Shown: in pieces, positions 8,725-18,168 of the stretch
Layout of the letters: each line of letters starts with the position of its first letter
Position numbering within the stretch: the stretch's first letter is position 1
Assembly (NCBI GenBank): GCA_043804695.1
Contig: JAZDIV010000143.1
Location: 1 to 28,907, forward strand
Reading direction: 5' to 3'
DNA from: PVC group bacterium
GTDB lineage: Bacteria > Auribacterota > Erginobacteria > Erginobacterales > Erginobacteraceae
Length of the DNA stretch: 28,907 nucleotides
Position numbers and translations under genes: made by a program
Notes under the pieces: generated by a model
The model's database searches: none
Told to the model about the DNA's origin: nothing
What the model saw: the letters and a program-made list of their open reading frames with translations, nothing else

Positions 8725-9357
8725 TTACCCCTGCACCTTCAGGTTATACGCCAGGCCTTCCAGGCCGATGGCGAGATCGATATTCTCCACCTGGACGTCA
8801 TCCGGCACGACCAGCCCGACCGGAGCGAAGTTGAGGATCGCCTTGATCCCGGCCTTCACCAGCCGGTTCGCGACGTCCTGCCCGGCCTCGGCCGGCACCG
8901 CGATGATCCCGATCCGAACTTTCTTCTCCCGGACAACCTCCGGAAGAACGGACAGATCATTAATCCTCAACTCGGCCGGACCGACGCGGCGGCCGATGCC
9001 GGCCCGGTCGAAGACCGCGACGATCTGGAAGCCTCTTTTCTCGAATCCCTTATAGGCCAGCAGGGAGCGGCCAAGATTGCCGACCCCGATCAGGGCGACG
9101 TGATGGATTCGATCGGTTCCCAGAATCCGGATAATAGCCCTGATGAGTTCACCGATGCCGTATCCCCGGCCCTTGATGCCGAACTGGCCGAAACAAGCCA
9201 GATCCTTGCGCACCTGGTCGGGCTTCACGCCGACCAGGTAACCGATGGCAGCGGAAGAGACGGTCGCCACCTCCGCCGTTGAAAGGCCGTTAAGCGCCCG
9301 CAGATACAGGGAGAGGCGGCAGATGACAACCCGAGGTATTTTTCCGTTACTGATCAA
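8725..9357 (-). CDS. rex: Redox-sensing transcriptional repressor Rex
   Basis: RLSLYLRAL, VRKDLACFGQFGIKGRGY wHTH, Rossmann GVGNLG and ILNFAP motifs. The TTG start is approximate. Confidence 0.95.
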   Translation of the reverse strand: MISNGKIPRVVICRLSLYLRALNGLSTAEVATVSSAAIGYLVGVKPDQVRKDLACFGQFGIKGRGYGIGELIRAIIRILGTDRIHHVALIGVGNLGRSLLAYKGFEKRGFQIVAVFDRAGIGRRVGPAELRINDLSVLPEVVREKKVRIGIIAVPAEAGQDVANRLVKAGIKAILNFAPVGLVVPDDVQVENIDLAIGLEGLAYNLKVQG

Positions 9358-9411
9358 TTAAATTTTTACTTCGTAAAAATTTAAATTCCGTGTCCTGTCA
9401 TGCCGGGGGCG

Positions 9412-9440
9412 ACCTTAAACCAATCCCGGCCCAGCGTCAA
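9412..9440 (-). promoter_or_regulatory. Putative sigma70 promoter of the rex-hydrogenase operon
   Basis: Minus strand TTGACG (9440-9435), 17 nt spacer, TAAGGT (9417-9412). Confidence 0.6.
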
Positions 9441-9447
9441 ATAGTTA

Positions 9448-9465
9448 TTGTGATTTTTTTCACAT
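9448..9465. promoter_or_regulatory. Rex operator
   Basis: TTGTGATTTTTTTCACAT versus the consensus TTGTGAA-N4-TTCACAA (2 mismatches), just upstream of the -35 of rex. Confidence 0.8.
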
Positions 9466-9632
9466 AAAAGTTTTCCTGCGGAAAACTTTTATGAACTATT
9501 TTTGTCGCTATTTTTTTCATCGAACAACCGGCAATTTATACGTTGCTTCCGGAGGTCATTTCATCTACTATCTATGTTGTTTGGAAATACCATCAGCCAC
9601 AGAAAGGGATTTCCGCCCCGAAGGAGTGTCTT

Positions 9633-10403
9633 ATGAAAACACGTTTTATAATCGTTCTGAGCGCCATCGTTCTCATCATGGCCGGGTGCGCCACCCGGCG
9701 TCACCGGGTCCCGCCGCCCCCCGAGGAACCGCTGGAGCTGGAGATGGTGGAGGAAGACGTGGCCGTGATCGAGGAGGGGGTGGTGGTCGAAGAGAGCGCG
9801 GTCATTGCGGTGGCGGTGGAGGCTCCGGCCCCGCGGCCTAAAAACCTGAGCTGGGAAGAGATCAAGCAGCTGGGGACGACCTACACGATCGCCAGGGGAG
9901 ACACCCTGAGCGGCATCGCCGCCCGTCATAACGTGGGGACGGGACTTCTCACCCGGCTCAACGATATCAAAAATCCGAACCTGATCCGGATCGGCCAGAA
10001 GCTGACCGTGGTTGAAGGGCCGTTTTGGATCGCCGTGGACAAGGGCGACAAGACCCTCTCCGTTTACCGGGGGGAGACCTTCATCCGGTCCTACCCGGTG
10101 GCGCTGGGAAAAAAGAACAGCACGCCGGAGGGTGAATTCACGGTCATCAGGAAACTGGTCGATCCGCCCTGGACCGATCCCTACAACCGGACCATCGTCC
10201 GGGCCGACAGCCCCGAGTATCCCCTGGGAACGCGCTGGATCGAGTTCATCGCGCCTCCCGGGGCTTACGGCATCCACGGCTCAAAAGTCGCCGAGGAGAT
10301 CGGCACCGAAGCCTCCTTCGGCTGCGTCCGGGTCCTCCACCCTCAGGAAGAAGAGATCTACGACTTCGTGACCCTCGGCTCCCCGGTCAAGATCGCTCCT
10401 TAA
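9633..10403 (+). CDS. LysM-domain L,D-transpeptidase lipoprotein (YkuD family)
   Basis: AAGGAG RBS, lipobox IMAGC, LysM ([13 protein letters not shown]...IGQKL) and catalytic GIHG...SFGCVR. Confidence 0.9.
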   Translation: MKTRFIIVLSAIVLIMAGCATRRHRVPPPPEEPLELEMVEEDVAVIEEGVVVEESAVIAVAVEAPAPRPKNLSWEEIKQLGTTYTIARGDTLSGIAARHNVGTGLLTRLNDIKNPNLIRIGQKLTVVEGPFWIAVDKGDKTLSVYRGETFIRSYPVALGKKNSTPEGEFTVIRKLVDPPWTDPYNRTIVRADSPEYPLGTRWIEFIAPPGAYGIHGSKVAEEIGTEASFGCVRVLHPQEEEIYDFVTLGSPVKIAP

Positions 10404-10654
10404 AACGCAACTCTCTGCTTCGGGATGTAATGCCGCCGTAGCGGAAACCTTCAGGTTCCCACGGCAACCTCGCGGTCGCCGCTGCCGCATTCCCCGCCGG
10501 GTCCGCCTCCGGTGGGTTCTTGCCCCGAGATAGCGAAGCTATTCCCGCAAAGCAGCTATGCTGTCGCGGGATCTTCTATTTTCGGGGTGAAAATATTTCT
10601 GTCGTGTTTCGGGAGGGACCAAAGCCGTGGGGGTCTTGGGGGAAACGAATATCA

Positions 10655-10718
10655 TGTGGAAGAGGTTTTTAACCTCGACCAGGGAATACGCAAATCGTGG
10701 TTGGAAACCCCTCCCACA
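10655..10718. repeat. TGTGGGAG-type REP doublet
   Basis: tgtggaagaggtttttaacctcga ... tcgtggttggaaacccctcccaca; homologous to 26838-26942. Confidence 0.65.
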
Positions 10719-10749
10719 AACAGGCAGAGAGCAGAGCGCCCGGGGGAGA

Positions 10750-11559
10750 TTACCGGGGCTGGTAATACCGCAGAGCCTCCGGCATCATCCCGCGGATCTC
10801 CTGGAGTCGATTCTCGGTGGCGGGGTGGGTGGAAAGAAACTCGATCGGCATGCTCTCGCCCTTGGCCATCATCCGCTCCCAGAATGGGATCGATTCCCTC
10901 GGGTCATACCCGGCTTTCGCGGTCAGGATCAGGCCGATCCGGTCCGCCTCGTACTCCTGGGTCCGGCTGTAGGGGAGGAGAATGCCGACCTGGGAACCGA
11001 GACCGTAGGCTGCCAGCCAGAGCGCCTGCGTCGTCTCCGGCTCTTCCCGCAGGGCCTGGGAGAGCCCGATCGCGCCCAGTTGATAAAGAAGAAGCTGGCT
11101 CACCCGCTCCCGGCCGTGGCCGGCCAGGGCGTGAGCGACCTCGTGCCCCATCACCACCGCCAGGCCGGTATCGTCACGGGTCACGGGCAGAATCCCGGTA
11201 TAGACCACGATCTTTCCCCCGGGCATGCACCAGGCATTGACCGCTTCATTGTCCTCGAGCAGGGTAAACTCCCAGTCATACGTGCTCACCTCGCCGGCAT
11301 ACCCCTGTTCCCGCATGAAATCTTCCGCCGAGGCGGCGATCCGCTGTCCCACTCTCTTGACGGAAGCAGCGGCCGGGCGATCCCCCGACCGCTTTGATTC
11401 CGACAATACCTGCTGGTAGGAGCTCCGGCTCATCTCCATGATCTGACTGTCGGGGACCAGCGAGAGCTGGGAGCGGCCGGTGTAGGGAACCGTCGCGCAA
11501 CCGGTTAAAAAACCAAGAAAGATTAGGCCGGCGAAAATATATCGAAAATATTTTTTCAT
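10750..11559 (-). CDS. M48 family zinc metallopeptidase lipoprotein
   Basis: Lipobox LTGC, VNAWCMPGG, HEVAH (HEXXH), YSRTQEYEAD and FLSTHP motifs. Confidence 0.93.
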   Translation of the reverse strand: MKKYFRYIFAGLIFLGFLTGCATVPYTGRSQLSLVPDSQIMEMSRSSYQQVLSESKRSGDRPAAASVKRVGQRIAASAEDFMREQGYAGEVSTYDWEFTLLEDNEAVNAWCMPGGKIVVYTGILPVTRDDTGLAVVMGHEVAHALAGHGRERVSQLLLYQLGAIGLSQALREEPETTQALWLAAYGLGSQVGILLPYSRTQEYEADRIGLILTAKAGYDPRESIPFWERMMAKGESMPIEFLSTHPATENRLQEIRGMMPEALRYYQPR

Positions 11560-11678
11560 CGATCTGACTCGTTAAATCCCAAATCCCAAGCACCTCAGCC
11601 TACGGCTGAAAATCCCAAACAAATCACAAATAACAATTAATTAGCGCCTTCGGCGCAACTTCGTAGCGGCAGCCTTTA

Positions 11679-11845
11679 GAGGCTGTCCGACAACCCCTGA
11701 AATGTCATTGCGAGACCCGAAGGGGCGAAGCAAACTATTTTTTCATTCATAACCGCCTCTTATCTAAAATAATGGGATTGCTTCGTCGCTGCGCTTCTCG
11801 CAATGACCTTTAAAATGCCTAAAATCCGAATTACCGGACAGCCTC
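11679..11845. mobile_element. 167-bp MITE with 11-bp TIRs and a TTTA target-site duplication (copy 2 of the GTCATTGCGAG family)
   Basis: TIRs GAGGCTGTCCG / CGGACAGCCTC, TTTA on both sides (11675-11678, 11846-11849) and core palindrome at 11704-11807. Confidence 0.82.
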
Positions 11846-12112
11846 TTTAGGCTGCCATTTAGTGGCGACCTGAAGGTCACCGCTACGACATTTATTGAAA
11901 TTCCGAAGCAGTAAAATATAAACTATGGCCCAGTTCTGTTTGGGATTTTGAATTTCGGTCAGCCTCCTTCGCCATAGTAGCCTTTTGGCTACGGCGGCTG
12001 AATTGGTGCTTATTTGAGATTTGAAATTTGTTATTTGGAATTTCCTGCTCCCTGTTTTTTGCCTATCGACGCATGCCGTGAGAAGATATTCAAATGACAG
12101 CGATGATCGGAA

Positions 12113-13555
12113 CTATTCCAGAGGGAGCAGGCGGCGGCTGATCTGGTGGACGCGGCGGGAGAAGAGGGTGAGGAGGATGATCTTGATGTCCAGGAGCAGC
12201 GACCAGTTTTCCAGGTAGTACATGTCGTACTTGACCCTCATCTTGATCGAGGTATCTCCCCGCAGGCCGTTCACCTGAGCCCAGCCGGTGAGCCCGGACT
12301 TGACCAGGTGGCGCGACATGTAGCGGGGGATGTATTCCTTGAACTGCTCGACGAAGACCGGCCGCTCCGGGCGGGGGCCGACCAGGCTCATGTCCCCCCT
12401 GATGACGTTCCAGAGCTGAGGGAGCTCGTCCAGGCTCATCCGGCGGAGAAGCCGGCCCAGGGGCGTGGCCCGGGGATCGTCCCGGCGCGGTAACACCGGG
12501 CCGCTCTCCTTCTCGGCGTCGGCCGGCATGGTTCTCAGCTTGTAGAGGAGAAATTTTTCCCCGTTCTCCCCCATCCTCTCCTGCCGGAAGAGCACCGACC
12601 CTTTCGAGGTCAGCTTGATGGCCAGGGCGCAGGCCAGCAGGACCGGAAAGGCCAGCGCCAGTCCGAGGGCGGCGCCGAGAAGATCGAACGTTCTTTTCAC
12701 GAAGCGGTTCCAGGCCGAATGCAGGGGAAGCGCCCTCAGGCCGACCAGGGGAATGCCGTCCAAGTTCACCACCTCCACCTGGCTGGTCAGGATGGAGAGG
12801 ACATCCGGAACCAGTTTTACGCTGACCAGGTTCTTTTCACAGAGGAGAATGATCTCCATGATCCGGGAGTGGGGAAGATCGAGACGGGTGATGATAACCT
12901 CATCAATCGGATGTTCCCGGATGATATCCTCAAACCGGTCAACCATCCCCAGGACGGGTAAACCGTTCCCATCCTCGTCGGGGGCGCCGTCGTTGAACCG
13001 CAGGACGCCGATCACCTCGGCTCCCCAGCGGGGGTTCTCGGAAAAATTTCGGAGGAGGCGCCGGGCTATCTCTCCCAGCCCGAGCAGGAGAATCGCGCGG
13101 AATTTCCTGTTTCTCTTCCAGATGCTGAGTTCCAGCTTGTCGATCACTCTCCGGGAGAGCGTGACCAGGATGATGCTGAAAAACCAGCCCCAGGCGAGCA
13201 TCCGGCGGGAATAGGTAAAATCTTCCCGGTAGAGAAACGTCAGCGCCATCAGGCTGAAGAGGACGACGGTGACCGCCTTGGTGATCGCGAAGAAATGCCA
13301 GGTCGAAGAAAAGTAGGTCTTCCGGCGGTAGAGATGAAACGACTTGAAGACGATGAAAAAGACCGCCAGGGTCACCGGGAAGGCTTGCAGGTACTCGGCG
13401 AGGGGGGGTATCCCCTTGGTGACGGGGAAGACCCGGGTTAGAGGAGAAAGAAAGCTGACCCAGAAGGCGAGAAGCATGCCCGCGAAAAGGGTCAGTCCAT
13501 CCGTGACCAGCGAGACCAGGGTAAAGATGACGGTATGGCGGCGAATCTGCGACAT
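12113..13555 (-). CDS. Undecaprenyl-phosphate glucose phosphotransferase (WcaJ-like priming glycosyltransferase)
   Basis: Four N-terminal TMs, a CoA-binding-like domain and KRTFDL...KLRTM...SLDELPQLWNVIRGDMSLVGPRPERP...GLTGWAQVNG. Start placed at ATG 13555 behind GGAGG. Confidence 0.92.
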   Translation of the reverse strand: MSQIRRHTVIFTLVSLVTDGLTLFAGMLLAFWVSFLSPLTRVFPVTKGIPPLAEYLQAFPVTLAVFFIVFKSFHLYRRKTYFSSTWHFFAITKAVTVVLFSLMALTFLYREDFTYSRRMLAWGWFFSIILVTLSRRVIDKLELSIWKRNRKFRAILLLGLGEIARRLLRNFSENPRWGAEVIGVLRFNDGAPDEDGNGLPVLGMVDRFEDIIREHPIDEVIITRLDLPHSRIMEIILLCEKNLVSVKLVPDVLSILTSQVEVVNLDGIPLVGLRALPLHSAWNRFVKRTFDLLGAALGLALAFPVLLACALAIKLTSKGSVLFRQERMGENGEKFLLYKLRTMPADAEKESGPVLPRRDDPRATPLGRLLRRMSLDELPQLWNVIRGDMSLVGPRPERPVFVEQFKEYIPRYMSRHLVKSGLTGWAQVNGLRGDTSIKMRVKYDMYYLENWSLLLDIKIILLTLFSRRVHQISRRLLPLE

Positions 13556-13633
13556 TAAATTTAGCACCTCCGGCGCGAAATTTAAATGGCTCCGACTGCG
13601 TCGGAGCTGAATGTTAAAATAAAAAAACCTGCC

Positions 13634-13724
13634 GGAGTGATGGAATACTGGAGTGGTGGAGTACTAGGCGCGGCGGCTATCCACGGCAGCCCAATAATCC
13701 ATCACTCCATCACTCCAACACTCC
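13634..13724. repeat. Inverted octamer arms (GGAGTRNT)x4 / (ANYACTCC)x4 with no ORF between them
   Basis: Arms at 13634-13665 and 13693-13724. The same family occurs at 15171-15198 and 16438-16574. Confidence 0.75.
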
Positions 13725-13776
13725 ATTCAGCATATTCTTGTGTACCAAGAAAAATACAGTCTCTGATAAAGTGGGT

Positions 13777-14886
13777 CTACTTTCCACAAATGATCTCATC
13801 GATCTTGCATTTGAACTCTTCTTTGAATCTATCCCGTCCGAAACGGAGGACATGCGCCCGGATGGACTCCCGATCGAACGCCGCTTCATTTTTAATGAAG
13901 AGGTCAACCGCCGCCAGGAGCGCTTCCTCCGTCTGCTCATAAAAGAATACCCCGGTCGGGGGCTCGCCGGCCCCGCCCCGCCAGGGCACGGTGGTCTCCG
14001 TCAGGCCTCCCGCGCCGAAACCGATGACGGGCCGGCCGCAGGCCTGCGCCTCCAGGGGAACGATCCCGAAATCCTCCAGGCCGGGGAAGATGAGCGCCCG
14101 GCAGTTCCGGTAGCACTCCCGCAGGTCTTCGTCGCTCAGCCAGCCCGGAAACTCGATGTTCGGGCCGGCCGTTTCTCTCAGCCGGCCGGCGGACGGGCCG
14201 GTTCCCACAATCTTCAGCGGAAAACCGAGACGGTTGAAGACGGCGATCGCCAGGTCCACCTTTTTATAGGGGACCAGGGCCGAGACGATTAAAAAAAAAT
14301 CTCCGGAGGATGGACCCGGATGGAAAAAATCGGTGTCGACCGGCGGATAAATTACTTCAGCCTGTCTATTGTAGATGCGGTCGATCCGGCCGGCAACATT
14401 TTTCGAGATGGCGAGAAACCGGCCGACCCGGTCCGACGAGCGGACATCCCACCGGCGGAGGTACGCGAACATCGGCCGCAGGAGCAGCTTTTTCAGGAGC
14501 CCGGGGCCAAAGTAGTCTTCATAGAGAAACCAGACGTACCGCATCGGGGTAAAACAGTAGCAGACACTGACGGCATCCGCGGGGGGACGGCATCCTTTCG
14601 CGACCGCGTGGCTGGTGCTGATGACCAGGTCAAACCCGGAGAGGTCGAACCGTTCGATCGCCCGGGGGAAGAGAGGCAGATAATTCCGGTAATATTTCTT
14701 CGCCAGAGGAAGCTTCTGGATGAAAGAGGTGCGGATCTTCATCCCCCGGATCCGGGGCGAGATCTTCTCCGGTTCGAGGAGGAGGGTGAAGACCTCGGCT
14801 TCCGGGTAGAGTTCGCAGAGTGTCTCCAGCACTCGCTCCCCCCCCCGCATTCCGTTCAGCCAGTCATGGACCAGAGCGACTCTCAT
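13777..14886 (-). CDS. GT4 glycosyltransferase
   Basis: RVALVHDWLNGMRGGERVL N-terminus and EDFGIVPLEAQACG (EX7E-type) motif. Confidence 0.92.
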   Translation of the reverse strand: MRVALVHDWLNGMRGGERVLETLCELYPEAEVFTLLLEPEKISPRIRGMKIRTSFIQKLPLAKKYYRNYLPLFPRAIERFDLSGFDLVISTSHAVAKGCRPPADAVSVCYCFTPMRYVWFLYEDYFGPGLLKKLLLRPMFAYLRRWDVRSSDRVGRFLAISKNVAGRIDRIYNRQAEVIYPPVDTDFFHPGPSSGDFFLIVSALVPYKKVDLAIAVFNRLGFPLKIVGTGPSAGRLRETAGPNIEFPGWLSDEDLRECYRNCRALIFPGLEDFGIVPLEAQACGRPVIGFGAGGLTETTVPWRGGAGEPPTGVFFYEQTEEALLAAVDLFIKNEAAFDRESIRAHVLRFGRDRFKEEFKCKIDEIICGK

Positions 14887-14894
14887 TATTCATT

Positions 14895-15235
14895 TAACCG
14901 AAAAAAACGCAAAAATTTGCAAGAGTTTCCCCTGACCTCGTCCCCTTTGATTAGCCACCAAAAGGCGCAAAATACGCAAGAGTCCCCCTACCTCGGCCCC
15001 TCATTGAACCACGGAGAATACGGAGAAAGAAAATCAGTCCCGCGCCCCGGTGGCTTCGACGTTCGACGTTGAACGTTCGACGTTGAACGTTCAGTTTTTT
15101 CTTCCAACCTTGCCCCCTTTAATTAGCCGCAAAAAGCGTAAAATACGCAAAAGTTCCCCCACCCCAGCCCCCCACCATTCCACCACTCCATTACTCCATA
15201 TCTCTTTTCTTGGTGCCTTTGTGCCTTGGTGGCTA
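14895..15235. repeat. Mosaic array of short repeat modules
   Basis: Three GCAAAA..GCAA modules, an ACGGAGAA doublet, GTTCGAC heptamers, ACTCCA octamers and a GCCACCAAG element, separated by C-rich ACCTYG tails. Confidence 0.7.
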
Positions 15236-16381
15236 CTCTACCAGGCTTTCATAAACCGCCAGGGTCTCCCGGGCGGTTTTTTCCCAGGAGAACTCCCGGG
15301 CCCGGGCCAGCCCTTTCTTTCGCAGCTCCTCCCGGAGCGGTTCCGAGTCCCAGAGCTTTTCAATCGCCCCGGCGATCTCCTGATCCCGGCCGGGATCGAT
15401 CAGGAGGGCGGCGCCGCCGACAATCTCCGGGAGGCTTCCCCGGTTGGAGGAGATGACCGGGGTCCCGCAGGCCATCGCCTCCAGGGGCGGCAATCCGAAC
15501 CCTTCGTAGAATGAGGGGAGGACGAGGATCCGGGCCCCGTTGTAAAGGGGGATAAGGTCTTCCTCGTCGACGCCGTCCAGGAAGGTGACCCGGGGGCCGA
15601 GGCCGAGCGAGGACACGGTTTCCCGCGCCTCCGGGTACCGGGGGTCGGGAGGGCCGGCCAGGACCAGGCGGGGCCGGTCGGATCTTGTCCGGCAGAAAGC
15701 GGCAAACGCCCTGATCAGGCCGGGGACATTTTTGTAGGGATCGAACCTCCCCACGTAGAGAAGAAAGGGGTCCGCGGAACCCAGCTTCTCCGCGCAGAAG
15801 CGGATACTCTCGGCTTCCGGCAGGGGACGGTATTGTTCATCAATCCCGTTGTAAACAACCGCTATCCTCTCCCCCTCCACCCCCAGGTCCGCCGTCAAAT
15901 CATCCCGGGTGTGGTTGGAGACAGCGATGATCCTGTCCGAACGACGGGCACAGCGGATCAGCACCCGGCGGAAAATCCAGTGAAAACGCGTCTTTTTGGC
16001 CCGGGGGGTAAAGTGCGGGAACTTGAGAGGAATCAGATCGTGGATGGTCGAGACCGTCCGGGTCCCACTGATAAAAAGCGGCAGAAAGTAATTCGTCGAG
16101 TGGAATACGTCCAGCCCCAGCTTCCGGATCAGAGAAGGTATCCTTATCTGGCCGGCGAGGGAGAAGATCCCCCAGGGTACCGGTACCGACTGCAGGTTGG
16201 GGTATCTTTCCCAGCGCCGGGCGTAACGATCCATCACGCCCGGATCGCTGAAGAAGAGGAAGTAGTGATTCCGCCGGTCGATTTTTCCCAGATGATGGAT
16301 CAGCTTTTCGGTCACCCGGCCGACACCGGAGATCCGGGGGAAGATCCAGCGGGCGTCAATGCCGATTCGAAGAGAACACAT
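15233..16381 (-). CDS. GT4 glycosyltransferase (MtfB/WbpY-like)
   Basis: RIGIDAR, TIHDLIP, GRFDPYKN and EGFGLPPLEAMACG motifs. Confidence 0.92.
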   Translation of the reverse strand: MCSLRIGIDARWIFPRISGVGRVTEKLIHHLGKIDRRNHYFLFFSDPGVMDRYARRWERYPNLQSVPVPWGIFSLAGQIRIPSLIRKLGLDVFHSTNYFLPLFISGTRTVSTIHDLIPLKFPHFTPRAKKTRFHWIFRRVLIRCARRSDRIIAVSNHTRDDLTADLGVEGERIAVVYNGIDEQYRPLPEAESIRFCAEKLGSADPFLLYVGRFDPYKNVPGLIRAFAAFCRTRSDRPRLVLAGPPDPRYPEARETVSSLGLGPRVTFLDGVDEEDLIPLYNGARILVLPSFYEGFGLPPLEAMACGTPVISSNRGSLPEIVGGAALLIDPGRDQEIAGAIEKLWDSEPLREELRKKGLARAREFSWEKTARETLAVYESLVE

Positions 16382-16607
16382 TATAAAGGCTACCCTATTA
16401 ATACAAATAATATGTTTTCAACCAGCGCTACAGAAAAGGAATAATGGAGTATTGGAGTAGCAGTCTTCGCCAGAGTAACCTAAGGCTACGACGGCTGAAT
16501 TGGGAATATCCGGGCCGAGCGAGGTGGGGTAACCTGTCCTCCACCACTCAATCATTCCATTACTCCACTACTCCCCTCTGCGCTGTTATTCTCTACCGGG
16601 ACACATC

Positions 16608-17759
16608 TTACCCCAGCATTCCCCCCTGACCGGCGGCATTGCGATACACTTCCACCGTCTTCTCGGCGGCGCGGACCCAGGTGAAATCTTTCGACTGCCG
16701 TTTCCCTTTCTCCCGCAATTCATCGGCCAGTTCTTCCCTGGTCAGGAGGGCTTCAATCGCGCCGGCCATGTCCCGCTGATCCATCGGATCGAAAAAAAGC
16801 GCCGCGTCGCCCAACACCTCGGGGAGAGAACCCGTCCGGGAAGCCGCTACCGGCACGCCGCTGGCCATCGCCTCCAGCGGCGGCAAACCCTGGCCCTCGT
16901 AGATGGACGGAAAGACAAAGGCGGACGCTCCCCGGTAGATCGCCGGGAGCGCGGAACGGGGGACATATCCGATCTCCATCACCTCCCGCTGTCCGGCCTG
17001 AGTTCTGAACTGCTGCTCGATCTCCCCGCACAGCCATCCCTTCATCCCCGCCATGACCAGCTTGTATCCCCCCACCCTCTCGTTCGTGCGTAGCGCGTGC
17101 CAGGTCTGGAGCAGCCGGACCAGGTTTTTCCGAGGCTCCCAGGTGCCGACGGTGAGAACATACTTTTCCGGAAGGTGGAACCGGTACCGCACCCGGAGGA
17201 GTTCGTCATCGGTGATCGGCACCCGGAAGCTGTCGTCTATTCCGCCGGGGATCACCGCGACCTTGTTCTCCGCGACCGGATAAAGGGAGACCAGCTCGTC
17301 CCGGGTAAACTCGGAGATGACGATGATGCGGTCGGACCGCTCCAGGCTGCCGGGGAGAGCCCCCTCCAGGTATTTCAAGTTCTTTGGCTCCGTGAACTCC
17401 GGGTACCGCTTGAAGGAAAGATCGTAGACCGTGGTCACCATCGGCTTTCTTTTCACCGGCCGGCTGATGAAATCGGGGAAATGATAGACGTCCATCCCCC
17501 GGATCAGCCAGTTGAGGGGAGGAAAGCCGAACCGTTTCCAGCCCAGGCTCAGGATCCGTCCCGGGATCTTCCTCCCCAGGGGGGGCATCTTCTTATAGAC
17601 CCGGGCCGGGAGATCAACGTGGCCGCGACGACTGAAATAAAAAGGGCAGATGCGCCCGGGATTCTCGAGGGCGGCCAATCCGTCCAGTAGGCCCAGCGTG
17701 TAGTAGCCGACACCGGTCAGGGGGCGCGTCAGACACTGTATATCTATCCCGATCTTCAT
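16608..17759 (-). CDS. GT4 glycosyltransferase (MtfB/WbpY-like)
   Basis: MKIGID, TVYDL, GTWEPRKN and EGQGLPPLEAMASG motifs; start at ATG 17759. Confidence 0.92.
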   Translation of the reverse strand: MKIGIDIQCLTRPLTGVGYYTLGLLDGLAALENPGRICPFYFSRRGHVDLPARVYKKMPPLGRKIPGRILSLGWKRFGFPPLNWLIRGMDVYHFPDFISRPVKRKPMVTTVYDLSFKRYPEFTEPKNLKYLEGALPGSLERSDRIIVISEFTRDELVSLYPVAENKVAVIPGGIDDSFRVPITDDELLRVRYRFHLPEKYVLTVGTWEPRKNLVRLLQTWHALRTNERVGGYKLVMAGMKGWLCGEIEQQFRTQAGQREVMEIGYVPRSALPAIYRGASAFVFPSIYEGQGLPPLEAMASGVPVAASRTGSLPEVLGDAALFFDPMDQRDMAGAIEALLTREELADELREKGKRQSKDFTWVRAAEKTVEVYRNAAGQGGMLG

Positions 17760-17846
17760 TATAATTTTGGCTGGCGCGCTTACGCCTGCTCCGCTCTGCC
17801 GGAGAAGCAATCCCGTGTTTGCCGCTACACTAAAATTATACTATTT

Positions 17847-17897
17847 TAATCTGAATTATTCATGAAAATTACATATTTTCATGAATAATCCAGATTA
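17847..17897. promoter_or_regulatory. AT-rich 23-bp inverted repeat next to a TATAAT box upstream of the glycosylation cluster
   Basis: TAATCTGAATTATTCATGAAAAT-TACAT-ATTTTCATGAATAATCCAGATTA (1 mismatch); TATAAT on the minus strand at 17840-17835. Confidence 0.55.
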
Positions 17898-18168
17898 CTA
17901 ATTATCGTTCAACGGATTATGAATAGCAATCTGGTTTCTGCGGCTACCGAACACTGTTTTTTCTTCACCGGAAGGACAGCGGTTTGTTCTTTCTGTTACC
18001 ATTGCCGGCGGAAATAGAACTTTGCTACAATTCATTGTTTTGCCAGGGAAGTCGATACAATCAGTATGTTTTCGTGTTGCCTTTCTGTTAACCTTTGTCA
18101 TTGTTCAAAATTAATCCGATTTATGCCTGCCTGCGGCAGGCCTAAATCGGATCAGGCTACTCAATCAA

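Noticed and set aside
10404..10750. tRNA or structured ncRNA in the convergent spacer
   Set aside because: No cloverleaf or T-loop consensus; the hairpins match REP-like families seen elsewhere in the window.
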